Source: an uncultured Candidatus Bathyarchaeia archaeon
Lineage (GTDB): Archaea; Thermoproteota; Bathyarchaeia; TCS64
NCBI GenBank assembly: GCA_964513225.1
Contig: CAZEMD010000001.1
Location: 1-56,412, forward strand
Direction of reading: 5' to 3'
DNA length: 56,412 nucleotides
Shown here one piece after another: positions 1-9,692 of this stretch (position 1 is the stretch's first letter; each line of letters opens with the position of its first letter). The translations under genes and the position numbers were made by a program. The notes under the pieces were generated by a model, which saw only the letters and a program-made list of their open reading frames with translations, was not told where the DNA came from and searched no databases.

Positions 1-438
1 ATGAGCCACGTCGTCGGCCGAAACGCTTCGATAAAGGCGGGGTACGTGGAGAAGGACGAGCGGGACGCCAAAGGCGTCAGGGCCGCGCTCAACTACGGTC
101 ACACGCTGGGCCACGCCGCCGAGAGGCTGGCTAGCCCGGCGCTCAGGCACGGCGAGGCCGTGTCCATAGGCATGGTGTATGCCGCAGACCTGTCCGTCAG
201 CATGGGTTTGATGGACCCGGGGGATGCACAGGCTCAGAGACGCGTCCTTGAGGGCATCGGCCTCCCTACCAAGCTACCGTCTCTTGGGGCGGATGAGCTG
301 ATCGGGTACATGAGGCGGGACAAGAAGACGGAGGGAGGCGTGATCAGGATGGTGCTGCCCACGGGGATAGGAACCCCGCCCACACTGAGGACCGTGGAGG
401 AGCCCAAGCTGGTTGAGGCTTTGGGGGCCGTCATGTGA
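1..438 (+). CDS. aroB: 3-dehydroquinate synthase, C-terminal part (5-prime end lies outside the window)
   Basis: The ORF is open at the window edge. It carries the NYGHTLGHAAE and HGEAVSIGM metal-site motifs typical of DHQ synthase. It is the first gene of the co-directional shikimate operon, and its stop overlaps the GTG start of the next gene. Confidence 0.85.
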   Translation: MSHVVGRNASIKAGYVEKDERDAKGVRAALNYGHTLGHAAERLASPALRHGEAVSIGMVYAADLSVSMGLMDPGDAQAQRRVLEGIGLPTKLPSLGADELIGYMRRDKKTEGGVIRMVLPTGIGTPPTLRTVEEPKLVEALGAVM

Positions 439-1106
439 AGCCGCTAATATGCGTCGCTGTTACCGGCCTTGACACAGAGCGGATTATGGCCAGAGTCCGG
501 GGACTCCAGCACCCAGACCTGATAGAGATCAGGCTCGACCACCGCATGAAGCCCATAGACCTACGCCGGGTCAGGGACGCGACGGCCACGCCGCTGATAG
601 CCACCAACCGCCCGGAGTACCAGGGTGGACGCTCGAAGGAGCCCGAGGAGAGTAGGCTCGCGACGCTTTACGGGGCCTGTGAGGCGGGGTTCGAGTACGC
701 AGACGTGGAGTTGGCGGCCCCTGGCTCAGGAGACGCCGTCAAGCGTGTGCACGACGCAGGCTCCAGGTGCATCGTGTCTCACCACGACTTCGAGGCCACG
801 CCGACTCCAGGGGAACTAGGCCGCATGCACGCCGAGGCCAAGTCCATGGGCGCAGACGTGGTCAAGCTGGTGGGCACAGCCAGATGCTACGGCGACAACA
901 TGGCTTATCTTGCTTATCTCTCGGGGAACCCCGGGAACGTCAGCTTCGGCATGGGGCGTCACGGCATCCCCTCCAGGGTCGTGTCTCCCCTCGTGGGCGG
1001 CGCCTTCACCTACGCCTCGACGGGTGAGGGGGAGGAGAGCGCTCCGGGGCAGCTGATGCTGTCACGGATGCGTGAAATCTACGAGGCCATGGGGGTGGAG
1101 ACGTGA
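435..1106 (+). CDS. aroD: 3-dehydroquinate dehydratase, type I
   Basis: IEIRLDH, SHHDFEATP and VKLV (catalytic Lys region) motifs of type I DHQase. GTG start overlaps the aroB stop. Confidence 0.88.
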   Translation: MKPLICVAVTGLDTERIMARVRGLQHPDLIEIRLDHRMKPIDLRRVRDATATPLIATNRPEYQGGRSKEPEESRLATLYGACEAGFEYADVELAAPGSGDAVKRVHDAGSRCIVSHHDFEATPTPGELGRMHAEAKSMGADVVKLVGTARCYGDNMAYLAYLSGNPGNVSFGMGRHGIPSRVVSPLVGGAFTYASTGEGEESAPGQLMLSRMREIYEAMGVET

Positions 1107-1942
1107 GGCTTTGCTACATCGTCGGCTACCCCGTGGAGCACTCCATGAGCCCCGCGATGCACAACGCCGCCTTCAACGCCCTCGGCCTCGACGCGGAGTA
1201 CCGGCTGGCGCCCGTGGAGCCGGGGCGGCTGGGCGCCTTCATCGAGACGCTCAGGGAACCCGAGGTGATGGGCGCCAGCGTGACCATCCCCCACAAGGTG
1301 GAGGTCATGAGGCACCTCGACCATGTGGACGGGACGGCCCGGGCGATTGGGGCGGTGAACACCGTCGTCCATAGGGACGACGCGCTGAGGGGCTACAACA
1401 CGGACGCGACTGGGGGAGTCAAAGCCCTCACCGAGGCGTACGGCAGCCTCGAAGACAGCGACGTGACCATCCTCGGGGCGGGGGGCGCTTCAAGGGCCCT
1501 AACCTATCAGGTGTCCCGCGTGGAGTGCAGGGTGACCGTGCTGAACAGGAGCGTAGATAGGGCGAGGAGGCTGGTTGAGGACGTGAGGCCAACGGCCCCC
1601 GCCGAGCTGAGCTACGGTGCCCTGGACCGGCTGCCCGCCTTAATCGGGGACACAGATGTACTGATCAACACCACGCCGGTGGGTATGAGCCCCAACACGT
1701 CGGACTCACCCGTCCCGGCGGGGCTCCTCCACGGCGGCCTCTTCGTCTACGACGTGATATACAACCCCATGAAGACCCGGCTGCTGAGGGACGCCGAGGC
1801 TAAGGGCGCACGGGTGCTCAGCGGCGTCAACATGCTGGTCTACCAGGGGGCCGAGGCGTTCAAGATGTGGACGGGCGTCGAGCCGCCCATCGACCTCATG
1901 CAGCGGGCCGTCGAGGAGCGGCTGGGAGGCGGGCCGCGTTGA
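1103..1942 (+). CDS. aroE: shikimate 5-dehydrogenase
   Basis: N-terminal GYPVEHSMSPAMHNAAF, the NTD motif and a GAGGASRA Rossmann loop. GTGA start/stop overlap with aroD. Confidence 0.9.
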   Translation: MRLCYIVGYPVEHSMSPAMHNAAFNALGLDAEYRLAPVEPGRLGAFIETLREPEVMGASVTIPHKVEVMRHLDHVDGTARAIGAVNTVVHRDDALRGYNTDATGGVKALTEAYGSLEDSDVTILGAGGASRALTYQVSRVECRVTVLNRSVDRARRLVEDVRPTAPAELSYGALDRLPALIGDTDVLINTTPVGMSPNTSDSPVPAGLLHGGLFVYDVIYNPMKTRLLRDAEAKGARVLSGVNMLVYQGAEAFKMWTGVEPPIDLMQRAVEERLGGGPR

Positions 1943-2460
1943 ACGTCGCCCTCTACGGCTTCATGGGCGTCGGCAAGTCCACCATAGGCAAGGCCCTGTC
2001 GGAGAGGCTGGGCTACGGCTTCTTGGATATGGACGAGGTCATCGAGGGACGCGCCGGGATGAAGATCAAGGAGATATTCGCAGCGGAAGGCGAGGAAGGG
2101 TTCAGGGCGCTGGAGAAAGCCGTGGTCAAGGAGCTGGCGGACAAGGACCGCCACGTCATAGCGTGCGGCGGCGGCGCCATCCTGGACCCGGAGAACGCCG
2201 AGGCCCTGAGAACAAGCTCCGTCCTCGTGCTCCTCACGGCGTCCATCGACGAGATCATGGAGAGGACGCGGGGCAGCGACGAGCGGCCCCTCCTCAACGT
2301 CGAAGACGCACATGCCGAGGCCGAGGCCCTGCTTAGGAAGAGGATGCCCCGGTACTTGGAGGCAGCGGACCTGATAATAGACACCACGGACGCGTCGCCT
2401 GCGCAGCTGGCGGACGAGATAACCGTGGCGCTGGAGGGATGCCTTGAAGGTAGTGATTAG
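1939..2460 (+). CDS. aroK: shikimate kinase, P-loop AroK/AroL type
   Basis: Walker A GFMGVGKST followed by the DMDEVIE and ACGGGA motifs. I place the start at the in-frame TTG at 1939, which overlaps the aroE stop. The tracked ORF start at 1867 lies inside aroE and adds an Arg/Ala-rich extension. Confidence 0.8.
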   Translation: MNVALYGFMGVGKSTIGKALSERLGYGFLDMDEVIEGRAGMKIKEIFAAEGEEGFRALEKAVVKELADKDRHVIACGGGAILDPENAEALRTSSVLVLLTASIDEIMERTRGSDERPLLNVEDAHAEAEALLRKRMPRYLEAADLIIDTTDASPAQLADEITVALEGCLEGSD

Positions 2461-3718
2461 CCCGTCCCAGCCGAGGGGCAGGGTGGAGGCGCCCCCGTCC
2501 AAGAGCGTGACCCACAGGATGGTGACCCTGGGCGCGCTCGCTGAGGGAACCACGACGATAAGAAACCCGCTGGCAAGCGACGACACCCTTGCGACGCTCA
2601 ACGCGGTGAACATGCTTGGCGCCCACACCGAACGCGGCCAGGACGAGTGGGTCGTCGAGGGGGGCAGCCTCAAGGCACCGGCCAAGGCAGTGCACTGCGG
2701 CGAGTCAGGGACCACCATCAGGTTCATGACGGCCGTTTCCGGCCTCGTGGACGGCCCCGTGAAGCTCACCGCGGGGCCCTCATTATCAAAAAGGCCCATG
2801 GGGCCCCTGCTGGACGCCCTTAACGGCCGGGGCGTCGAGGCCCACGGCGAGGCCGGCCACCCGCCCATCACAGTACACGGGAGAGGAGGCATCGGCGGCG
2901 GAGAGGCGACGCTCCCCGGAGACGTGAGCTCCCAGTTCGTCTCGGCGCTGCTGCTGGTCGCACCGCTGACGAGGCGTCCCCTCACGGTACGGGTCACCAC
3001 GCCGCTCCAGTCCTGGCCCTACGTCCAGATGACCATGGACGCCATGGGGGTCTTCGGCGTGAAGGCGGTGGCGTCCCCGGGGAGGGACAAGTTCATCGCG
3101 CCCACCGGCAAGTACCGGGCCTCAGACGTGGACGTCGAGGGGGACTGGTCGTCGGCGTCCATACTGCTGGCCGCCGGCGCCCTCGGCGGCGAGGTGACCG
3201 TGGGAAACCTGGACGAGGGTAGCAGCCAAGCCGACACCGCGATACTGGAAATACTGTCCAGCATGGGCGCCGAGTACTCCATCAATGGTAACGAGGTAAC
3301 ATGCGTAAAGAGCCGGCTGGAGGCGGTGAACCACGACTTCTCGGACCACCCCGACCTGTTCCCCATAACAGCTGCCCTCTGCAGCACTGCGGAGGGAACA
3401 AGCACCCTCACCGGCCTCGAAAGGCTGAGGCTCAAGGAGTCGGACAGGGTGGCCTCCATTACGGAGGGCCTTAAGAGGATGGGCGTCAAGGTTGCAATGG
3501 GCGACGCCTCGGTCAGCATCACCGGGGGAACGGTGAATGGCGCCGAGGTGAACCCATACAACGACCACCGAATAGCCATGAGCCTGGGGGCCTTGGCATT
3601 GGCGGCTGAGGGGGACACGACGATCAGGGACGCCGGGTGCGTAGCCAAGTCCTACCCCGGATTCTGGGGCCACCTGGAACACCTAGGCGTAAAAATGAGG
3701 AGGAAACACGATGAGTAA
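2444..3718 (+). CDS. aroA: 3-phosphoshikimate 1-carboxyvinyltransferase (EPSP synthase)
   Basis: PPSKSVTHR, GESGTTIRF, LPGDVSSQFVSALLL and DHRIAMS motifs. TTG start overlaps the aroK end. Confidence 0.9.
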   Translation: MKVVISPSQPRGRVEAPPSKSVTHRMVTLGALAEGTTTIRNPLASDDTLATLNAVNMLGAHTERGQDEWVVEGGSLKAPAKAVHCGESGTTIRFMTAVSGLVDGPVKLTAGPSLSKRPMGPLLDALNGRGVEAHGEAGHPPITVHGRGGIGGGEATLPGDVSSQFVSALLLVAPLTRRPLTVRVTTPLQSWPYVQMTMDAMGVFGVKAVASPGRDKFIAPTGKYRASDVDVEGDWSSASILLAAGALGGEVTVGNLDEGSSQADTAILEILSSMGAEYSINGNEVTCVKSRLEAVNHDFSDHPDLFPITAALCSTAEGTSTLTGLERLRLKESDRVASITEGLKRMGVKVAMGDASVSITGGTVNGAEVNPYNDHRIAMSLGALALAAEGDTTIRDAGCVAKSYPGFWGHLEHLGVKMRRKHDE

Positions 3719-4814
3719 CACTATCGGCAGACTCTACAGGGTCACATGCTTCGGTGAGAGCCACGGCAGATGCGTGGGCGCAGTCATAGACGGGTGCCCG
3801 GCCGGCCACAGGCTGGACACCGGACACCTACAGGCCGAGCTGGACCGCAGGAAGCCCGGGCAGAGCAGGGTATCCACCCCGCGCAGCGAGGAGGACACTG
3901 TCGAGGTCCTCTCGGGAGTCTTCAACGGCGTCACCACCGGGGCCCCCATCTGCATGCTCGTCTGGAACCGGGACACGGACTCCACACGGTACGAGGAGCG
4001 TAGGTGGACGCCGCGGCCCGGCCACGCCGACTACACCGCGGAGAAGAGGTACGGCGGCCACCAGGACTACAGGGGAGGCGGCCGGTTCTCGGGCAGATTA
4101 ACCGCGGGCTACGTGATGGCGGGCGCCCTCGCCAAGCAGGTACTCGCAGCAGCCCAAGGCATCGAGGTACTGGGCTACACCAGCCAGATAGGCTCACACG
4201 AGGCCCCCGCCGTGACGATCAAACAGGTGAAGAGCAACACGGAGAAGAACCCGGTCCGGTGCCCGGACCCAGACACCGCCAGAGACATGGAAGAGGAGAT
4301 ACAGATGGCGCGGGACGAGGGAGACAGCTTGGGCGGAGCCGTGAAGTGCATGGTGCTCAACGTCCCCCCCGGCGTGGGTCAGCCCGTCTTCGACACCCTC
4401 GAGGGAGACCTTGCCAAGGCCCTGTTCAGCGTCCCGGCGGTGAAGGCCGTGGAGTTCGGCGCCGGCAAGGCACTCGCATCCATGCGGGGCTCTGAGAGCA
4501 ACGACCCCTACACGGTCGTCGGGGGCAGGGTCGAGACGGCATCCAACAACATGGGCGGCGTGCTGGGCGGAGTCTCCACAGGCGCCCCCATCGAGTTCAC
4601 GGCCACGTTCAAGCCCACCCCAAGCATATCCAAGCCTCAGCGGACGGTGGACCTCAAATCGTTGGAGGAGACCACCATAACCGTTGAGGGGAGGCATGAC
4701 CCCTGCATAGTGCCCAGGGCGGTGCCCGTCGTGGAGAGCGTGGCAGCCATGGTCGTCCTCGACCACATGATGCAGAGGGGCCACGTTGGACAGGTGCTGA
4801 GTGAGACACGATGA
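3711..4814 (+). CDS. aroC: chorismate synthase
   Basis: FGESHG, RKPGQSRVSTPRSEEDTVE and RHDPCIVPRAVPV motifs. ATG overlaps the aroA stop. Confidence 0.92.
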   Translation: MSNTIGRLYRVTCFGESHGRCVGAVIDGCPAGHRLDTGHLQAELDRRKPGQSRVSTPRSEEDTVEVLSGVFNGVTTGAPICMLVWNRDTDSTRYEERRWTPRPGHADYTAEKRYGGHQDYRGGGRFSGRLTAGYVMAGALAKQVLAAAQGIEVLGYTSQIGSHEAPAVTIKQVKSNTEKNPVRCPDPDTARDMEEEIQMARDEGDSLGGAVKCMVLNVPPGVGQPVFDTLEGDLAKALFSVPAVKAVEFGAGKALASMRGSESNDPYTVVGGRVETASNNMGGVLGGVSTGAPIEFTATFKPTPSISKPQRTVDLKSLEETTITVEGRHDPCIVPRAVPVVESVAAMVVLDHMMQRGHVGQVLSETR

Positions 4815-5089
4815 GCTACGATGACGAGATAGCCCCGCTGAGAATAGAGATCGACAGGCTCAACGACGAGATACTGGATAAAATACGTGAACGCGTCGAG
4901 GTCGCGCTCAGGATAGCCGAGGTGAAGAAGAGGCACGGCGTGCCCATAGTGGACCGCGGCCGAGAGGAGAAAGTCCTAGACCACGTGGGCGGCCGGGCGG
5001 CTGAACGGGGACTGGACCCGGCGGCCGTGCGGCGGGTGTTCAGGGAGATCATCGACCTCTGCGTCGAGGCCGAGGAAAAGACACAGTAA
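4811..5089 (+). CDS. chorismate mutase, small AroQ-type
   Basis: A 92-aa all-helical protein with LRIEIDRLNDEILDKIRERVEVALRIAEVKK and a VDRGREEKVL segment. It is the last gene of the operon, with an ATGA overlap with aroC. Confidence 0.75.
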   Translation: MSYDDEIAPLRIEIDRLNDEILDKIRERVEVALRIAEVKKRHGVPIVDRGREEKVLDHVGGRAAERGLDPAAVRRVFREIIDLCVEAEEKTQ

Positions 5090-5168
5090 AAGCCCAGCCA
5101 CGTCTCGTGGATTTTTCAGGTGACTGAACCAATAAACTATGTATTGAAAATAGGGGAGAGGAGGCCCC

Positions 5169-6191
5169 TTACTCGTTGGGCTCTATTATTACCTTGAGCC
5201 CCTCTTGGTTGGACACAATATCGAAGCCCTTCTTGGTCTCCTCAAGCGGCAGCCTGTGGCTGATGAGGGACTTCACGTCCACGATGCCCTTATCGATGAG
5301 CTTGAGGGCCGTCGTGAAGTCGTGGGGGGTGAAGTCGTGGCTCCCCGTTATCTTCAGGTGCCTATAGTGCGGCACGTTCGGGTCGACGGGTATCTCGGCC
5401 TTGGGGTACGTCCCGGCGAATATGTTCAAGGTGCCGTCCAGGTCGAGCACGTCCAGACCGTTCTTTATGGGCACCGGGTGGCCCACGGCCACTATCGAGG
5501 CGTTGACCCCACGCCCGTCCGTCAAGCCGAGTATGGTCTCCACAGTGTCCTGCTCCCCCGCGTTGATGACGTCGTGGGCGCCCAGCTTCTTGGCCACCTG
5601 CAGTCGGTCCTCCTTGAGGTCCACGGCTATTATCCTGGCGCCCCGCACCTTGGCGAGCTGCATCAGCTGGAGCCCTATGGGGCCGCATCCGATGATGGCC
5701 ACGTCGTCCCCGACCTCTATGTTGCTCTGATGGATGCCGTTGATGCAGCAGGCCAGCGGCTCCGAGAACGCTGCCTCCTCGTAGGACAGGTTGTCAGGCA
5801 TCTTCCTGTACACCGGGTCCGTGGCCTTGCTGTACTCGCAGAAGCCGCCGCTGAACCCCCGCCACTCCGGGGTCTCGGCCTTGAGGCAGAAGTTGTAGAG
5901 CCCCTTCCTGCAGTAGTAGCAGACGCCGCATGTGTTCCTCCAGTCCCTCACTATCTTGTCGCCGACCTCGACGCCCTCCACGTCGTCTCCTACCTCGACG
6001 ACTTCCCCCACCGACTCGTGTCCCGGTATCCTCTTCTTCGGTAACGTCCCTTTCCTGTTGTAGCCGCGGACGTCGCTGGGGCATATGCCGCACGCCATTA
6101 CCTTGAAGGCGATCTCGTCCTCGTTCGCAACCGGTTTCTCGACTTCTTCGATCCTCAGATCCTTGTAACCGTAAAGCATGGCTGCTTTCAT
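5169..6191 (-). CDS. Zn-dependent alcohol/polyol dehydrogenase (MDR superfamily)
   Basis: CGICPSDVRGY, GHESVGEVVEVG, the structural-Zn Cys cluster CGVCYYCRKGLYNFC, and a GCGPIG Rossmann loop. Confidence 0.85.
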   Translation of the reverse strand: MKAAMLYGYKDLRIEEVEKPVANEDEIAFKVMACGICPSDVRGYNRKGTLPKKRIPGHESVGEVVEVGDDVEGVEVGDKIVRDWRNTCGVCYYCRKGLYNFCLKAETPEWRGFSGGFCEYSKATDPVYRKMPDNLSYEEAAFSEPLACCINGIHQSNIEVGDDVAIIGCGPIGLQLMQLAKVRGARIIAVDLKEDRLQVAKKLGAHDVINAGEQDTVETILGLTDGRGVNASIVAVGHPVPIKNGLDVLDLDGTLNIFAGTYPKAEIPVDPNVPHYRHLKITGSHDFTPHDFTTALKLIDKGIVDVKSLISHRLPLEETKKGFDIVSNQEGLKVIIEPNE

Positions 6192-6439
6192 CTATATCAT
6201 CACGCTACAAGGGGTGGAGGTTACTCTTTTAAGTTACCTCCCTTTTCTACTGGCAAATAATGTTTAGAAAAAAATAAACACATGGTGTGTACATATGAAC
6301 ACGTCATATTCCATTAACGTTTTCTTCTACATGATAATTAACAGCTTTTCTATAGTCATTAACCATCTTTTCACTGACTTTTATGGCATTAAAAATCTCA
6401 TAAAAACTTGACTGATAAAGGAGATATGAAAAGGGGTTA

Positions 6440-7618
6440 TTATTCCTCGATCATCTCGACGTTGGCCCTGGGCACGACGACTCTACGCCCATCCTCAAGC
6501 TCGGCCTCGAGAACCCGGACCTTTGACTCGGTCTCAACGGTCTGAAGCTCGATGGGGAGACCGACGATACGCCCGATGGCCCCGAAGTAGGGTGGCCCGA
6601 TGACTCTCACCGGCAGGCCCGGTCTGAGTCCCTCCATGTGAAGTTCCTCGTCCTCTACTATTTCGCCTGAATCTTCTGTGGGTATGATTATCTCTGGTCT
6701 GATTACCCCTGCCCTGATCTGTGTCGCGCCGTTGATACAGGTTAGTTTGCCCTCGAACTTTCTCAGAAACTCGAGGGTCTTTTTAGCCATCGCCATCTTG
6801 CCGAACCCCTCTGTCAGTATCAGGGTTAGCCCCATTTTTTCTTCGCCGGTGATCGCGACGCCGATCTCATAGCCTAGGAAGCTGGAGAGGTCCGCGTCAC
6901 GTATCCCGCCGACTATTATTCCCTTGACCCCGATCTCGACGGCTTTCTTGATTGTTGGATACTCTATGATGGACCCGCCCACGATGATCTTTCCGGCATG
7001 TTCCTCGGTTATCTGGTCCTCGGTCAACTCATCGTCCTCGGATTTGCAGACTATCTCGAGTTCACCGTGGGTTTCTCCGCCGATCCCGAAGATGCCTTGC
7101 ATGTATGCGGCGGGGGTCTCGATCACGACCCCTTCCTGAGGCAGTATCTCTGTAACGGTTCCTGGTATGTAGGCTTCGAGGGTTAACGGGGTCGAGGGTT
7201 CCCTTAGGAGGCACTGACCGGTGACGTCTGATATGTACTCTATCGTCCCTTCGCACGGTACCTTACATTCTCTCTGGAAGAGGCCGAAGAAGGTTTTTCT
7301 ATGCGCGATCACCTCACCGGCTTCGCATGATTCTCCTACTTCTTTCAACATGTATTTAGTGAGACCAAGAGACCTTTCTTTTTGTTCAAAAGAACCGCTC
7401 TCGTCACCGATTGAGACTTGAGTTGACTCTAGTTCCAGTATGCGGGCGAGGTTTAATACGTTGACCTTTCCGGGGAGGCTGGTCTTAGCGACCTCGGTAT
7501 CATAATCTACCTTGGCCCCTTCTCCGACTAATACCTCTCCTAAGATGGGTAGTTTCCTGACCTTAGAAACGTATGTCTCCTCTTTCCTCTTCAAGCCCGG
7601 GGTATAAGCCATTGCCAT
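6440..7618 (-). CDS. hypothetical protein co-transcribed with the GlmL-like ATPase
   Basis: A 392-aa ORF whose start lies 13 nt downstream of the stop of the upstream gene. Its codon usage is coherent. I recognise no family. Its repeated G-x-V-x-x-G-x-x-V segments are reminiscent of barrel-sandwich hybrid folds. Confidence 0.6.
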   Translation of the reverse strand: MAMAYTPGLKRKEETYVSKVRKLPILGEVLVGEGAKVDYDTEVAKTSLPGKVNVLNLARILELESTQVSIGDESGSFEQKERSLGLTKYMLKEVGESCEAGEVIAHRKTFFGLFQRECKVPCEGTIEYISDVTGQCLLREPSTPLTLEAYIPGTVTEILPQEGVVIETPAAYMQGIFGIGGETHGELEIVCKSEDDELTEDQITEEHAGKIIVGGSIIEYPTIKKAVEIGVKGIIVGGIRDADLSSFLGYEIGVAITGEEKMGLTLILTEGFGKMAMAKKTLEFLRKFEGKLTCINGATQIRAGVIRPEIIIPTEDSGEIVEDEELHMEGLRPGLPVRVIGPPYFGAIGRIVGLPIELQTVETESKVRVLEAELEDGRRVVVPRANVEMIEE

Positions 7619-7631
7619 GCATTACGCCTCC

Positions 7632-9470
7632 TTATTCGTCCTCCAAGATGGTCTCTGGGTAGGCTTCGAGGTTACTGAACCATTCACGAAGCTTCATGCG
7701 TCGAGCGTCATCTTCCTCCGGAAGATCCACGGGTCTGCCTCTCGCATCGATTAGGATGCCGACTACTCCTCCCTCAACCGTCACGTTGAAGCTTCTTTCG
7801 GCTCCTTCCTTGGTTGAAAGACTGAATGGAGACGAGACCCTTCCCTCTATCTCGGCGGATTTCCCTTCCTCTAACCCGATTTTCTGTATGGTGCCGTACT
7901 CGATTTGTTTCTCCAAGACTTCTCCGTCCGGCATGGTGATTGTCAGGCTGGCGATTTCCTTACCGTAGTCGTCTGGGGTTAACCTGCCGCTGAAACCGAC
8001 GCACGTGCCCAACCTAATCAGGCAGTCTTTTTCGAAGATCTCCAGGGCGGCTTCCCGGTGAACGGTCGAGAGAACGCCCAGGTGGGGGATCATGAAGACG
8101 CTGTCTTGGAATAACTTGGTGACGCCTTCCACGCCGAATCCGTCGATGAGGTTAAGCATGGATTGAACTCTTCTCGGCGCGTGGGAGAGGAGGCCGCCGG
8201 TGCCGCCGACCCACTCGATGTTACTCATGTTGATGTAGGTCCCTGACCTGAGCTGCGAGTCCAGTCTTTCCTCTATGGACTGTTCCCTCTTGGCGCCCAG
8301 GAGCGGCCTGGCTATCAACTTGTGGTGCTCAAGACCCAGTCTAAGGGCTTCTCGTGCGACCGCGTGTTCCACGATGAGCTGTTTGAGAGTGTGGGGTATC
8401 GTGGTGGGCCGGATCATCTTGTTTCTCAGCCTGTCCCGTACGTTGGCCCTGTCTATCTCGAAGGGTATCCACCGCATTATGTTTTCTAGGCCCGTCTCCT
8501 TGAGCACGTTGCATATGCTGTAGCTCATTCCCAGGTTGGCGCTCACGCTGCGGACAAACTTGTTGTCGTAGTGAGAATACACGTTCGTCGTGGCGCCCCC
8601 GAGCCCAACACCTATGAGGTTCGCCTTTTGGGCCTGCGCGAAGGTCCTGAACATGGCGCCCTCTCCGGCGGGGGTCGGCATGATGGGCACGTCGGTCCAT
8701 TTCATCAGCTTGTCGTACCCAGGAGCGTGAGACATGACGTGCTCCATGAACAGCTGGTGTACGGCGCTTCGCGCCGGCTCCGGGTTCTCGATCTCCAGAG
8801 TTGGTCGAATGTTATCGACTATTTGTAGAGCGAACTGTTCACCCAGAAGCTCCTTGATTTGGGGTCTCACGTATTTGTTCCCGGCGTATACGATTGGAAT
8901 CTCGTACATGGCTCCCAAACGGTGTCGCGGACTGGCTGCTTTAATGAACTCGGCTAACTCGACGATGTGTGATACGCTGCCTCCGTCAACCCCCCCGGCT
9001 AAGAGAATCATGTCCGGCCTAAGGAAACGCATTCTCTCTATCTTCTCCCAAGGCTCGCGGCCATCGTCTACGGCTAGAACGTCCATCACTATTGCGCCGG
9101 CTCCCAGGGCGGCTCGTTCAGCGCTCTCGGCCGTCATGGTTCTTATGATCCCCGCAACCTGCATCTGCAGGCCTCCACCAGCGCTGCTGGTGGTGATGTA
9201 GAGATCGACTCCCTCGTCTTCGCCTCGGGTGGGGGTGATTATTCCCTCCGGGGAAAGAAGCTTGTGACCGGTGAGTTCTTCAACCTCCCTGACGGCGTTG
9301 CGGACGCCGAGGGTCACGTCTTCGTAGGGTGCTTCGACGGTTGTCGGGGCTTCACCGCTTGTCACGTATCTATATTCGTCGCCTATCTTTTTGAAAAATC
9401 TAGCCTTACTTGTAGTGCTGCCACAATCAGTTGCTAGAATTACATTAATATCGTTGAGATCCATGGTCAC
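7632..9470 (-). CDS. GlmL/MutL-like ASKHA-fold ATPase (glutamate-mutase accessory protein family)
   Basis: The N-terminal ILATDCGSTTSKARFF phosphate-1 motif, with later SSAGGG and GGTGGLLSH glycine loops, is typical of actin-like ATPases of the GlmL/MutL type. Confidence 0.6.
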   Translation of the reverse strand: MTMDLNDINVILATDCGSTTSKARFFKKIGDEYRYVTSGEAPTTVEAPYEDVTLGVRNAVREVEELTGHKLLSPEGIITPTRGEDEGVDLYITTSSAGGGLQMQVAGIIRTMTAESAERAALGAGAIVMDVLAVDDGREPWEKIERMRFLRPDMILLAGGVDGGSVSHIVELAEFIKAASPRHRLGAMYEIPIVYAGNKYVRPQIKELLGEQFALQIVDNIRPTLEIENPEPARSAVHQLFMEHVMSHAPGYDKLMKWTDVPIMPTPAGEGAMFRTFAQAQKANLIGVGLGGATTNVYSHYDNKFVRSVSANLGMSYSICNVLKETGLENIMRWIPFEIDRANVRDRLRNKMIRPTTIPHTLKQLIVEHAVAREALRLGLEHHKLIARPLLGAKREQSIEERLDSQLRSGTYINMSNIEWVGGTGGLLSHAPRRVQSMLNLIDGFGVEGVTKLFQDSVFMIPHLGVLSTVHREAALEIFEKDCLIRLGTCVGFSGRLTPDDYGKEIASLTITMPDGEVLEKQIEYGTIQKIGLEEGKSAEIEGRVSSPFSLSTKEGAERSFNVTVEGGVVGILIDARGRPVDLPEEDDARRMKLREWFSNLEAYPETILEDE

Positions 9471-9692
9471 GGCAGAGGGTTAAACTAACAATGATATTTA
9501 ACGTTTATTCTCATTGATATACCCATTATATATTATATATTATGTAAATAATCCTCTTTGAGACTGTTATATAATGATGAGTTTAAACATATCTATTATC
9601 TTCATGTATGTTTTTTAATAGTATATGATTTGCATTATTTTTTGATAGTTATATCTTATATTTTGTAAATAATAAAAAAGGAAGAAATGTGG

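Noticed and set aside
1840-3000. A long antisense or alternate-frame ORF of 386 aa overlapping aroE, aroK and aroA. There are many similar ones, for example 5205-6044 +, 26498-26959 -, 28015-28704 +, 30036-30641 +, 43831-44796 -, 54533-55228 + and 55550-56236 +.
   Set aside because: Their translations are Arg/Pro/Gly/His-rich and low in complexity. They lie opposite or out of frame to ORFs with clear family motifs. This is typical spurious open frame in GC-rich coding DNA.
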